Under the pieces are notes generated by a model that saw nothing but the letters and a program-made list of their open reading frames with translations, was not told the origin of the DNA and ran no database searches. 64,000 nt of DNA from Chrysomallon squamiferum (lineage: Eukaryota > Animalia > Mollusca): assembly GCA_012295275.1 (NCBI GenBank), contig CM022674.1:3720001-3784000 (forward strand), given 5' to 3'. The translations under genes were made by a program, and so were the position numbers. Positions 34,706 to 48,612 of the stretch are shown here, in pieces; the stretch's first letter is position 1, and the number at the start of each line of letters is the position of its first letter.

Positions 34706-37447
34706 TTAATTTGAAAGACATTCTTCTTCGTAACTTTTACCATTAAAGCTTTTCGACTCGAAACTGTTGAATGCTTTCTGAAGGTCACAGAGCTGGTCAT
34801 CATGCTCAGGACAGAAGCTGAGATCCTTGGTGACATCTCTTCCGTTTAAGATCACGCGGAGAACTGCAGAATGTGGTTGCCGTGGCGACGATGAAGCCAA
34901 CACTTCGAACACAAGCCTGGAGCTCGGAGGAAGCAGTCGCGTCTGCTCAATCCCAACTGCTCTGAGTATGAAGCTCAGAAACGACTCGTCGGAAGAGTAG
35001 AGAAGGAAGTCGCTGTCATCTTTGCTGTTGCCTAGCAACCAACGGAAAACATCAGACAGGAAAGGACGGGAGTGTAACTGCGCGAACGTCGAAAAGATGT
35101 CATCATTCGAAACGACCCCGACATGGGAGTCGGCCGATTCGAAAAGTCTGCTCAGACCAGTTTCGTTGACTTTCAAACAGCCGCGGTCCCGGCAAGGGAG
35201 GTAACCCTGGTCGCACAACCAACCGGAGAGGTACGAGACTATCTGTCTGGGAGAAACGTCGGAGTTTTCAATCCCGAGAAGCGAGTTCAAACCTTCGTCC
35301 TGCTTCGCCTTGTCTTTGAAAAGGTGAAATCCTTCGCTGACAGATTTGGACATCTGCTGCTTCAAGTAATCAGCCTTGGAACACGAACATTTCCGTCCTG
35401 GCGAACTTCTGCAGAAATTGTCCGTGGATTTCTCGATGAACATTCGAGAGAACTGCTTCTCGTTCAGAAAACCGTGAAGAAAAGCCACAGTCGACTGGTA
35501 AGCAGATTCAGAACTAATGCTTCGCGCAGACAAAAAAGTTTCTCTCGATATTTCGCGTAAAACTTTTAACTTTTCCTGTAAGCTTCGGACAATTTCTCAC
35601 CCACTAGTATTTGTTGTATTGCACCCAAGGGAGATAGCTGTCCCTCTCGGCAGACGGCATCATTCGGAATCATGGAATGAATTTTAAAGCCTCCTTTCTT
35701 TCTCTGGACGTTCTTGTAGATGTCAATGACTTCTGGGAAAGTCTGGACTTTGAACACTGGTGATGTTTTTGCTTGTATCTGGAAATCGCAATTTAGACGT
35801 GGACTAGAAAGGTGTCCAACTTTGTGTTTAACAGTTGTCTGCCCTTGGCTAATGAGGACTAGAACTTTGTTCAGTTTGTAACCTGAAATACTGGCACCTG
35901 TAAACAGAATTAAAAAAAATTATAAATATTTTCATTCTTCTCTTTTTTCTTTTTAATCCATAGTGGCTTACATTTCTACTTTATATTTCTAAACAGGTTG
36001 AAATTACAATAATCGTGGTTTTATAAAAATAATTCCATACAAATTAACAAATTAATACATAATAACGACCTTAACATTTTGTTTTTAAATTACCTTCATC
36101 ACTGATTACGCCCTCTAGTGGCTGCTTACAAAGTTCAATAACTCTTGGATGTTCCAGCAGCTGCACTGACCTCTCTGCAACAGACTGAGGTGACTGGCGT
36201 TGCTGAAGGACATTGCGCTGTGGTGACAGATGTTCCTCTTTTGAGATGCTCCTACGACTACGAAAATGTTTATTATTATCTGTCTTTGACTGTTCTGGTA
36301 AATTCACACAACAAACTGAAAAAGAAAAAAAAAGCTGACTAAATTATGTAACTAAATAAAGAAGACTACAGCTACGAGATTTTGATGTGATTCCAAAATT
36401 CATCGAATAACTATAGCAGGGTTTTTTGTTTTTATTTGCTTCTAGTTCACATCCATTATTAAATAATAAGAAATACCTAATAAATGATAACAGTTTAATG
36501 TTTGTTATTCAGTAAATCTCTTCGTTTTACAAGCAACAAATAACAAAATGCTTGTAATGAAAGCTCAACATAACTGGTGTCAGTTGTAAATTTTCTTTTA
36601 TAATGAAATTGGAAAGGAAATCTGCTTCAATCATTTATACTCATACATATTCTTTCTTTTGTTCTGTCTGTCTGTCTGTCTGTCTATCTCTCTCTCTATC
36701 TCACACACACATATACGAAAAAATATGTTCTGTAATCTGATGAACTAGCCATGAAACTGAAAAGGACAGGAACATGCTAAGAAGAGTTTTAGAAAAATGG
36801 CCAGCAGAACTGGAAAAAAAAATTTTTGTCAGTCTAAAAGCATTATTTACTAGACGCTTCTTAATGAAGAATATTTACAATTTACAATGAAAAATCACTG
36901 CAGAGTTAATAAATGAACAATAAAATGCTTGGGGTTAGGTAATAATTGTTTAGCTAACTATCTTTGTTTCTTCATCTTTCAAATATCAGATAAATAAATG
37001 TACTGCAGAGGTATTCTAAACATCTAGTTTATGTCAAATGAATATGTCAGTAATGATGGACACAAAATTAAAACTAAAATTTGATATGCTTCTCCACTCT
37101 AAAACTTTGAAAATATCAAATGTAACAGACAGGAGTTTTTTGGATTTATTTCTCTTTTTTTTTTCTTTTGTTGGATTTAGAAACAAATGTCAGATATAAA
37201 ATATGTCAACAAAAATATGCACTGGTTTCATCTTTTACTTTTATTCTGAAAAAATGCAACCATTAACATAAAGTTTTAATATATATTTTTTTCACAAAAT
37301 TTATATTCATCAAAATCATTTTTTTTTTTTTTTAATTATTCTTCACAAGTGTTGGTAACAAAAACTTTTTTTCACAAGTTAAAACTAATATATTTATACA
37401 TGTTATTTTTATTATATCAAATAATAAACTTGTTTTGTGTGTGTGTA

Positions 37448-37487
<40 letters not shown>

Positions 37488-40400
37488 AAATTTTAAAATA
37501 TTGTAAATTTCATTGTTGAAATATGTCAACCTGTTATTAATATGGTAATCAAATTTGTAACAACTGCAATTTAATTGAAATAGAATATCAACATATGTTT
37601 ATCATATATATATATATATATTTATATTTGCATATATGCAACTTATACTTGGTTATTTATAATTTTAAAATACTGCTATATTTAAAGTGTACCTTCACCT
37701 GTACACATATTTAGTGTAACAAGATTCCACATACTTCCAAGTTTTTTTTTTTTTTTGGGATGACTAATGCTTTCACAAATATGTCAATAAAATTGTTACA
37801 TGTAAAAATATTTACATGCTGCCATTTTACATTTTACAAACTGAAGTTGGGACACTAGAAAAAGTCAGTACAGCAAACTGATCAATGCTGCATGTGACAA
37901 CGTCATGGCTACAAAATGATGGTGACATCCAAGATATTTTGTACTCTTTCACTGTTTACTTATTACTGATTAAGACTTGATGGTGAAAACGTGAAAATAT
38001 TCAGAATATTTTTAGACCATTTCTGCACCTCTATACAGACACACTTTCATAAATATATAGTATACTTGGTATATGTAACTTTAAAATATTTATATATTTA
38101 AAGATATCAATATACTATTCCTTTATGATTTATCAAACAAAACAAACATGAAATGTAGATGTTTTTTTATTTAGCAAGGAAGAGAAAACCTGGAGAAAAA
38201 AAAATATATATATATATAGTTAGATATGTTAGTAGCTATAGCTGTTCTTGCAAATTTTAATAAATATGTTTAAAGTTATTGATAATATTAAAAATGCTCA
38301 GCATTTGTGTGTTTGTTCAATCAATCTTTTCATCATAAATCTGGTAAATGGAAAGTAGTAATTTCATCATAATTTTCTGTTTTTCTACCCTTTTTATTTT
38401 ATGTACTGACTAGAAATCCTATACTCCAGTGGATAACACCTGTCTGTGGACAGGCAAAGATTCACGTCTGAGAACAGATGGCAGGCAAAATTGATCCATA
38501 ACTAATAAATGAATGTTTGATGAATCCAGTATCATTTGAGGATTGCAAGCAAACACAAACTCACATGTAGTCCCTTGATATACAAAATACAAATAGTTGT
38601 CCAGACAGATTTGTATACAAACACACAGAAATATTTAATTTTAAATACATAAATAAAAAGCAAAAGAAACACAGACAGACATACACACATTATTGTTTAT
38701 TTTTTGTTTACTTATGCAATCTTTCTTTTTCTTGAAGTCAATACGGTACAATTTTAAAATAGACATAGATATAGACAGACATCAAAATAGAAAAAAAAAT
38801 TAAGTGAAAATTAGACAAAAATAATAATAATAATAATTGTTTGCCAATATAGTAATCTGAATCTGTTTAATATACTTGTGAGGGATTTTTTTTTTTTTTT
38901 TTTTTTTTTGATATTTATACTATGTAAACTATGTATGTGTGCATGCATTTTTTAAACAGATATAAATATTAAAACTTGGTCCAGGAAACTGGAAAATGTA
39001 TATATTCAGATCAGCTCTGGAGGCATGCTTGCCAGATAAATGGTTGGTTAGCTATATCCATATAGGAAAATACTAGCTAGACAGAAACAGACAGGTTAAT
39101 CAAAATAATTATATATAATAGTGAAAATAACATTCTGACACAAACTCCAAAATAGCACAGTCCCTCATAAATGTTATGTCCTAACTTGACTCAAGGCTAA
39201 CATTTAAACCAGGCTCAAAAAACTACAGACACCCAGCAAAATATATCAAATATCACAGAGCTGGTCAAAATAAATTAATCCCTGTAATATGATATTGATA
39301 TAAATAGGTATAAGAGGCAAAAAAAGTTCCATGAACACAATATAACAGAGAGGTATGAACCAAGGTTAAAGACCCATGGGGAATGACCTGAACTTTTTTA
39401 AAAAATGTTATTCTTATCTGATCTTCAGGCAGATAAGTTAGAAGCAGTCTAACATTTATTTTTAAAATGGCCGATAAAAAAAAAAATATATAAATATATA
39501 TATTAACAGCTGTGTTCATTATAACAGCATCTTTGTTTTTTCTCAAAAAAGGTTCATTAGCTTATTTGATATACTGCTAAGATTCAGTTAATTTTATTTG
39601 TGTTTATTAATAATGAAACAAAACCAAAAAATAAATAATAACAAGAACAATAATAAATAAATGAATAATTAAATAAACAAAAATTTATTACAAAATTAAA
39701 AATAAATTAAATTTAAAAAATATATTAAAAAAATAAAAATTAATATTCCTGTACCACTTTGTGATTGCTTTAAGGAAAAAAAACAAAAAAGCAGTTCTTT
39801 TCTAAGAGCAGAATATGAAAGTAGATAGACAGATGGGCACACAATTTTCATCCAGGTATTGGTTAGATGAAGCTAATTATAAATGAGATGAATTTCTACA
39901 GTGAAATGAATTCACAAATACATCTCTATCATATGTAACAAATATACAAGCATATACATATTAAAAACTCTGTTGGTACAATAAATGTAGCTGTGTGTAT
40001 ATATTTATATATATTAATAAACATGGATCTCCTACACAGTATTATCTACCATATCATATTGAAAACTGTCCTCAAATTATTTTATTTACAAGCAGTAATC
40101 ATATTTAACTGGCCTCTCAGAAATCTTTATTGTAATCCTAATACCAATATAAATTCAATTAGTTAAGCATCGATAGAAGTGCCAAATAATTTGATATTAA
40201 TATTTTACAGACAATTCTGTTGATTGCTTTGTTCTTTGTTAGTATATTTCGTATCTGGTTGTTAATCAGTTCTTATAAACAGAGAGAAGAAACAATTTCA
40301 GGCAGTACAATGAATATCAATATGTTCATAAATTTTTAATAACAAGCATGTATCAGCATGTAAGTGGTCCATGATGCATGAATTATTTATCTTCTAGAGA

Positions 40401-41468
40401 TATTTAATAACCAATATTTTTGTTACTTTATCCATAATTATTATTTTAATTTTAGATACATGTACTTATCATATAATTCTTGCATCAGGGTAAATTTGTC
40501 TTTGTATGCTCTTAAAAGATGAAGTTATTAAAAATGTTATAATACAGTCAAGTAAAATAATAAAGTAAGCATATATATCAAAATTAAAACCATAAAGAAT
40601 ATGAAGCCAACTATAATTTTTGGACACTGTTAAATTCTGAAGGTCATGTTAAATTTATATAACTGTTTTCACATATTTTCCTTTATACTGAACTTCTTTC
40701 TTTGATCACTATTGTTATATATGAAAAATAATAATAATAATAATAATAAATTTCAAAATCAACATGTAATGATATGGGAAAATAAAATTAGTAAAAAAAT
40801 GTAGAATTTTATAACTGGTATAACTTATATGTGTGTTTTAGAGGGCATAGGGCTGGGTAAAAGAACAGCTTATATTTGTTACCAAAACATATGCTACCTT
40901 TTAACATTCATAATATGAAAGTCATTGTTCATGGAAATATTGTTTTAGCTGAAACTGACAAACACAAAATTTCAATCATTTTCTCATGAATTTTTTGTTT
41001 TACTTTTTATTTTTTATATATTATTATTATTATTGTTATTATTGTTGTTGTTGTTGTTGATGATAAAATACTAACAATATATATTTTTAATTATTTAAAA
41101 AATTAAAATTGTCATATTATGTTGTACATTTTTGTGTTATTATTTATTAAAAAATAAAATCATACATAAGTTATGTTTAATTTATTCAAACTGATACTAA
41201 CACACACACACGTAATTAAAATTAAAAAGCAGAATAACTATAAATCTTAAAAGTGTTTTTATTTTAACTTTTCAACTGTTGCTACTGTGAAATATTACTG
41301 AATTTGAAGAAAAAGTTAATTATAATTTTAAAAAAAGAAAAAAAGTTGGAATAAAGAAAGAAATCATAAATCATTTGTTTCCATGTAATGTTCAATAAAA
41401 TAAAATGACTTACATATTAAACCAAGAGTGAAAACCATTCCTACATACAGCCATCCTCCACCGACCAT
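34706..41468 (-). CDS. PXYLP1: 2-phosphoxylose phosphatase 1 (PXYLP1/ACPL2)-like histidine acid phosphatase-fold type II membrane protein; catalytic motifs degenerate; 1-nt frameshift near 35571-35574
   Basis: Exons 41468-41414 (MVGGGWLYVGMVFTLGLI, gtaagt), 36315-36094 and 35897-34706; phase 1 junctions; 489 aa if one A is restored. Family-like segments: YKLNKVLVLI, CREGQLSPLGAIQQILVGEKLSEAY, QSTVAFLHGFL, FC..CSC, FLLYS, PPSSRLVFE, LRVILNGRDVT..LSFC. Orthologue versus paralogue cannot be settled from the sequence alone. Confidence 0.72.
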
Positions 41469-42465
41469 ACTTCGTTTGTGTGTGCTGCTGCATTTGGCCA
41501 ACAGCGAAAATAATGAGAAACGATCAACATTTGCCGTCTGCCAAATGAACTAAGCCGGCGAATAAACACGTGTTTCCTCTAGGTCAAGTTCGTATTTGTT
41601 TTACTTTTAGTAATGTCCGCCAAAACTGTAAATCTTATTTTCTCCGCTTGTTGTTACTCTGTAGCAGTCCTTACATACCAGTGTTTCCCATTGAGTCAGA
41701 ATAATGTCGTAACAATCTTCTTTTTCAATCGAAATGACAAGTCCATTTTTAGTAACATGTTTTCTTGTTTTCGGTCACGTACACCGCACGACTGGTTCCG
41801 AGTGCTTATGTACGTGAATCGCATCAAAGTGAAAGTGAACGGTGTTAGAATTTGAATTTTGAGCGAAATTTTACTTTAGATTAAAGACAAAAAGGAAATA
41901 AAATAAATTTGACATTCTTTCATCAGTTTTAATTTTTTTTTGTAATTTTTACCTTCTTTTTTTTTTCTTTCTTTTTTGTTTAACTGATAGTGATGAAATG
42001 TCGCGTAATTCAAGGTCATCCATATTATAATTTTTGACCGCAGGTGCGTGGTTTCAGGTCACGTGTACTCAGTACTGTATTGCAGAAAATATAAGGTTTC
42101 TTTCACAATATCGTCTCATACTCTGATCCTGCTAATTTAATAAGTGTTTTCTAACATTTTTACATATCATTGAATGGAAGAGCTAAATGAAAATATCCAC
42201 AACATTTATTATTATTTATTTTTCTATTCTTTGGAACAATATTGCAAAACAGAGAGTATATAAAATAATAAATCAATTTAAGTAATCGATTTTTTTTTCT
42301 TCCGCAGACGATATGTCTCATTATAAATTTAAAATATAAATAATAGTTATGGACTGCTTCATTTTATTTAATTTATCTATCTATCTATCCATCGAACTGT
42401 CTATTTATGTTCTATCGATTTTTAGTCTACGTGTTCTCTTGCATGTAAACCTATGCTTAAATATA

Positions 42466-42518
<53 letters not shown>

Positions 42519-43199
42519 GACATTTACATATATAGATACGAAAATACAACCATTCATGTTTACATACATAAATATGTAAATATCTAGAAACATGGTATAT
42601 AATGATATGTACATACAGACATTATATACTAAACACACACACACACACACACACAGATTATAGAGTACATTAACACCAATGTTTGAAATAAATAATAAGC
42701 ACACAAAATTCACACAATCGATTTTAAAACGTCAATGGTTGCATTATTACGTTCTTCACCAATGTTTGGAAATTAATTTTAAGCACTTTAGGAAAATTCT
42801 AGAAAGGATAGATAGATCTACGTTTAATCGATTTTAAAACGTTAATGGTACAAAATAAAATTGTTAAATTTAAATAATTGTAGTCATAAAATTTTAAATC
42901 ACAAATTTAGTTTTAATGAACAGTTGTAATAATAAACCCTACCCCTATTTACTGTTACCCTGTATATATATAGATAGATAGATGGATATTTAGTAATAAT
43001 AGTGGTCAAAAAGCTGGGGTGGTCATTAAATGATAACATTTGAGATTACAGATACAGTTATATTTACTCCAGTTCTCTGGATTATATGAACAAACAAACA
43101 AAAATGATTATTTATTTAAATAACTAAAAGTTATAAAATAATATTACGGACCTAATACCATAGTTATAAACATGAACACCATTGTAATTTATATAGATG

Positions 43200-43914
43200 C
43201 CATGCTCCCTTAAACCACACACACCACCCACACACACACACACACACATATATATAGACGTCACAACGGACCCGATATGCGTTTAACTTTTTTTTTTTTT
43301 TTTTTCTTTTTTTTTGAGACGAGAGAAAAAGGCCAATAAGATTGAGTGTCCATAAACTGTCATTTTATTTTGATTTTTAATTTTTTTATTTTTCACACAC
43401 ACACACACACACACACGCACGCACACACACACACACACACACACTGTAGCAATTGAATGTGTTAATTTACAGGAAGACTTCAGTAAACTGATGGTGGATT
43501 TGTAGGTACATAAACTTCCTCTCCCATCTTTTTGGTCAGTGCCTGAAATCATTCACATCTGCAGTATTTGTTTCTACTACAGCAACAACAACAGTACATG
43601 TTATATAAAGCTTTAATATATCCTTTTTTCCCCTTTTTTAATAAAATAAATAGATAGATAAATAATAACAACAACAAGCAGAATAATAATATTAGTGTTA
43701 CTAGTAACAGTATAACAGCTACTGGTAGCAGTCTAGTAAAAACTGTTAATTAAAAACATACTCTGCAATTCTAGTTATTATTGCTAGTGTTGCTGTTGTT
43801 GTTGTTGTTGTACCAGAAACAAATTTTGTGTAACTGTTGTTTATGTATGTTTTGTTTTTTTAAGTTTTCATATGTGTATATATATATGTTCAGTCATATA
43901 TATTTATTTATTTA

Positions 43915-43945
<31 letters not shown>

Positions 43946-44606
43946 TCTTACCGTTTTGTTTTGTTTTGATTTTTGTATTTGTTGGTTCTTCTTGTTGTTG
44001 GGGTTTTTGGGGGGGGTGGGTGTTGTTTCTTTTCCTTTATTTTTATTATAAATTTTTGTTTTAAAAATTGTTAACTATTTTACATACATACACACACATA
44101 CGCTCAAATATACATTCATACAGGTTTTTTTTTTTATAGATTTTTTTGGGGAAGAGAGTTTTTGTTTTGAGTCAGAGGAAAAGGCCAATCAGATTGAGTA
44201 TCCATAAGCTGGAATTTTATTTTAGTTTTAGGTGACGTTTTAATTTTGAGAGAGAGAATAATAGTAGTAGTAGTTGTCGTGGTTTTAGCATGGTGATGGT
44301 TAATAGTAGCAGTGATACTAGTAGTAGTATTAGTGGTAGTGGTAGTAGTTGTAGCAGCAGTAGTAGTAATAAAAGTGGTGATAGTGATAAAAATGGAGTG
44401 ACGTCATCAAAGAATGACAGTAATTTATTATTAATACAAGATAGAAAGAAAACAATTATTTTATTACAGACCTGACTCTTTCTTTGCTGAGATTTGCTTT
44501 TATATAAACATGCACGTGTATGCCCACGCTTGTGTGTGTATGTGTGTGTAGAGTGTATGCACATGCTCACATAAACCATATAAACACACACACACATACA
44601 CACACA

Positions 44607-44638
<32 letters not shown>

Positions 44639-44833
44639 GACGTCACAACGGACCCGGTATGCGTTTAACTTTTCTTTTTATTTATTTATTTATTTATTTA
44701 TTTTTTGAAACGAAAGAAAAAGGCCAATAAGATTGAGTGTCCATAAACTGTCTTTTTTTTGTTTTTACGACAATTTTTAAATTTGTTTTACACAAACTGT
44801 CATTTTATTTTGATTTTAATTTCACACATTTTT

Positions 44834-44891
<58 letters not shown>

Positions 44892-46048
44892 GTAGCAATT
44901 GAATGTGTTAATTTACAGGAAGACTTCGGTAAGCTAATATTGCTGATGGTGGATTTGTAGGTACATAAACTTCCTCTCACATCTTTTTGGTCAGTGCCTG
45001 AAATCATACACATCTGCAGTATTTGTTTGTACTACAGCAACAACAACAGTAAATGTTATTTTCCTTTTTTTTAAATAGAATAAATAGATCAATAAATAAT
45101 AACAACAACAAGCATTCTTTTAATTTTATTTCTATTATAACAGGTTTTAAAAAACTGTTTAAAAATTGTTAACTATTTTAATTAAAAACATACACTGCAA
45201 TTCTCATATATACATACGTTTATACATATTTACAGGTTGTTTCTGTTGTTTTTTTCTAATCAAATTTTTATTTTTTTTTTTTTTTTTTTGTATGTGTATT
45301 ATTTTGTTTGTTTTTTTTTTTTTGAGTCGAGAGAAAAAGGCCAATCAGATTGAGTATCCATTAGCTGGAATTTTATTTTTTCGTTTTTTTTAGTTTTAGT
45401 TTTGTTATTTATTTTTTTTTTTTTCACATTTTGTTTTATTTTGATTTTTGTAAATGAATGTTCTTCTTGTTGTTGGGGTTTTCGGGGTGGGTATTGTTTC
45501 TTTTACTTTATTTTTATTATAAATTTTTTTTAAAACTTGTTGAAATTTTATAGATCTGCAGTATTTGTTTCGCTCAAATATAACAACAGAATAATTTTTT
45601 TTTTAGATTTTTTTTGGGGAAGAAACAAACAACAGTTGTTGTTTTTAGTCGAGAGGAAAAGGCCAATCAGATTGACATCCATAAGCTGGAATTTTATTTT
45701 AGTTTTAGGTGACGTTTTTTTTGAGAGAGAGAATAATAGTAGTAGTTTCTTGTCGTGGTTTTAAATATGGTGGTGGTTACTGTATGTTTGATACTAGTAG
45801 TAGTATTTGTGTTTGTGTTTAAGTTGTAACAACAGTAGTAGTAATAAAAGTGGTGATGGTGGTGATAGTGATAACAATGGGGTTTTTTAGTTTTTGTTTG
45901 ATAGTAATTGTTTTAAGTCCAAGAAAAAAGCAATCAGACTTATTTTATTACAGACCTAACTCTTTCTTTTCTGAGGTTTGCTATTTTAAACATTTTATTT
46001 TTGGGTGTATTTTCTGTTATTTTATGCACATGCTCACATAAACCATAA

Positions 46049-46081
<33 letters not shown>

Positions 46082-47279
46082 TATAAACGTCATATTGGAC
46101 CCGATATATGTTTTTTACTACATTTTTCTTTTAATTTTTTTCGGGTCAAAAAGGTTGAAATCATATTGATGTCCAGTATTTGTCATTTTATTTTGATTTT
46201 AATTTTTTAATTTTTTAACACACAACAAGCACACTAATAAACAACAGTATAAATGAATGTGGTAATTTAATAAAACTTAATTAAAACATATTGCAATGGT
46301 TGTTATTATTACTAGTATTGCCATTTTTGTTGCCTAAATTACACATTGCAGTTGTTGTTTCTGTACCAGCAACAACAGTAAATGTTATTTTGTTTTTATT
46401 AATAGAATAAATTTGTCAATAAATAATAACAAATAATTCTTTTTCTTTATTTTTTTATTATAAATGTTGGTTTTAAAAAACACCGTTTAAAAATTGTTAA
46501 CTATTTTACATACATACACACACACACACAGAGAGATATATACATACATTTATACATATTGACAGGTTGTTTCTTTGTTTTTTTAATCGTTTTTGTTTTG
46601 TTGTTGTTGTTTTTTTATTTTTTATCGTTTTGTTTTGTTTCCATTTTGGAATTTTATTTTGTTTTTGTTTTAATTGTTTTTTGAGTCGAGAGAAAAAAGG
46701 CCAATCAGATTTTATCCATAAGCTGGAATTTTATTTTAAAAAAAACTTTAGTTTTAATTGTTTTTTATTGTTTTATTTTGAGTCGAGAGAAAAAGGCCAA
46801 CCAGATTGAGTTCCATTTTTGGAATTTTATTTTAGTTTTAGTTTTAGTTTTTGGGTTTTTGAGACACAAAGGCACAATCAGACTGAGTATATATCCAACT
46901 ATAGCAATTGAATGTTTAATTTTCGTTTTAGTTTCGGTAAACTGATTTTTGATATATATGATGGTACGTATTTCTATTACGTCTTTTCAGTCACTGGTTG
47001 AAATCATATAGATCTGCAGTATTTGTTTCTGCAACAGTAACGACAACAGTATAATAACAACAACAAGCAGACTAATAAAATTAGTATACTAACAACAGTA
47101 TAACTATTAGTGGTAACAAATAAAACTGTTAATTAGAACATATTGCAACTCTTGTTATTATTACTAGTGTTGCCGTTGTTGTTGCTATTGTTGTTGTTGT
47201 TTCTGTACCAGAAACAAATATTGCATTATGTTTGTATGTGTGTAATTGTGTTTCTGTTTAAGTCTCAACATACTTACAT

Positions 47280-47290
<11 letters not shown>
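43200..47290. repeat. Complex tandem array of about three ~1.4-kb units with nested microsatellites and a repeated CCAAT-containing subunit
   Basis: GACGTCACAACGGACCCG at ~43258 and ~44639 (degenerate ~46087). A ~150-bp block CTGTAGCAATTGAATGTG...CAGTGCCTGAAATC..CATCTGCAGTATTTG at ~43444 and ~44890 (degenerate ~46250, ~46900). GAGAGAAAAAGGCCAAT(C/A)AGATTGAG recurs about eight times. Confidence 0.85.
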
Positions 47291-47374
<84 letters not shown>

Positions 47375-48093
47375 AGTCACTTGCATTTATTTGTTTTGCT
47401 GTTGTTTTTGTTTTTATTTGTCTTTTTTTTCTTCTTCTTCTTATCGTTTTGTTCTGTTCTGATTTTTGTTTTTGTTGGTTGTTGTGTTTTGTTGTTTTTT
47501 TATTCTTGTTTATTTTATTTTATTTTTATTATAAAATGTAAAAAAAAAAAAAAAAAAATATTTTTAGAAAAATCCGTTTAAAAATTGTTAACTATTTTGG
47601 TGCATGCATACTCGTTCAGCTGCCTTTTTTCACGTTCTTTAAAATGTTTTTATGTCCTCCACTAATGGAATTATTGAATAGGCGCCGTCTGAAGTTTGCA
47701 GGATTGTCACGTGATCTAAACATTTCCAGCACAGTCAGTTATTAATTAAAATTTAGTGGCTTTATAAATATATCTAAAAAAAGCTAAATGTTATTTTCAA
47801 GTGGTTGTTGTTGTTGTTGTTGTTGCTGTTGTTCTCACTGTTGTTTAGCTTTTCGGGAGGGGGGTGGTATTTGGTTATTTGTTTTAAAAATGTTATTTAG
47901 TATACTTGTTTATTTATTATGAATATTTTTGTTTAATTATGTTGTTCAAACATTTACTGATTCACTCATTATGAGTGTTATTTTTTTTATTTTTGTTTGT
48001 TTGAAGTAAACATGTAATTATGGAATTTATGAAACGTGTAAGAAAATTAAATTATCTCAATGTACATATATTACGTATTGTTATTATATATGT

Positions 48094-48188
<95 letters not shown>

Positions 48189-48487
48189 TATATCTGACTT
48201 GTGGGATTTTGATTAAATATGAAATTGTGAAGGTGGATAAAAGCAAATATTTCTTTGTCTGAGATATTATTTATTTCTTCTTCATATTCTTATTATTCTT
48301 ATTCTTTTTCGTGGTCTTGGTCGTATTTGTTGTTCGTCGTTGTAGTAGTAACAGAAGTAGGAGTAGCAGTAATATTTGCATTCTCTGTTCTTTTAACAAT
48401 AAGGACTATTATATTACATCTTACCATCAATAGAACCATGTAACACAACACTGGTAGGAACGGGAGAAAACTTTAGTAGGTTAACTA

Positions 48488-48527
<40 letters not shown>

Positions 48528-48573
48528 AAAAATTTACTTCAACAACCAAAATATTGATTTTGATCCTACAATA

Positions 48574-48612
<39 letters not shown>

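Noticed and set aside
35566-35580. Programmed -1 ribosomal frameshift in the PXYLP1-like gene
   Set aside because: No canonical slippery heptamer in the right frame; a homopolymer indel is simpler.
43473-43560. Exon-like minus-strand block (TDQKDGRGSLCTYKSTISLLKSS) in the tandem array
   Set aside because: The copies differ by indels, no protein family is recognisable and no partner exons were found.
43316-46900. Repeated palindromic ~45-bp unit as a CRISPR-like array
   Set aside because: Eukaryotic context, irregular spacing of 100-1000 bp, intervening sequences are themselves repeats, and no cas genes.
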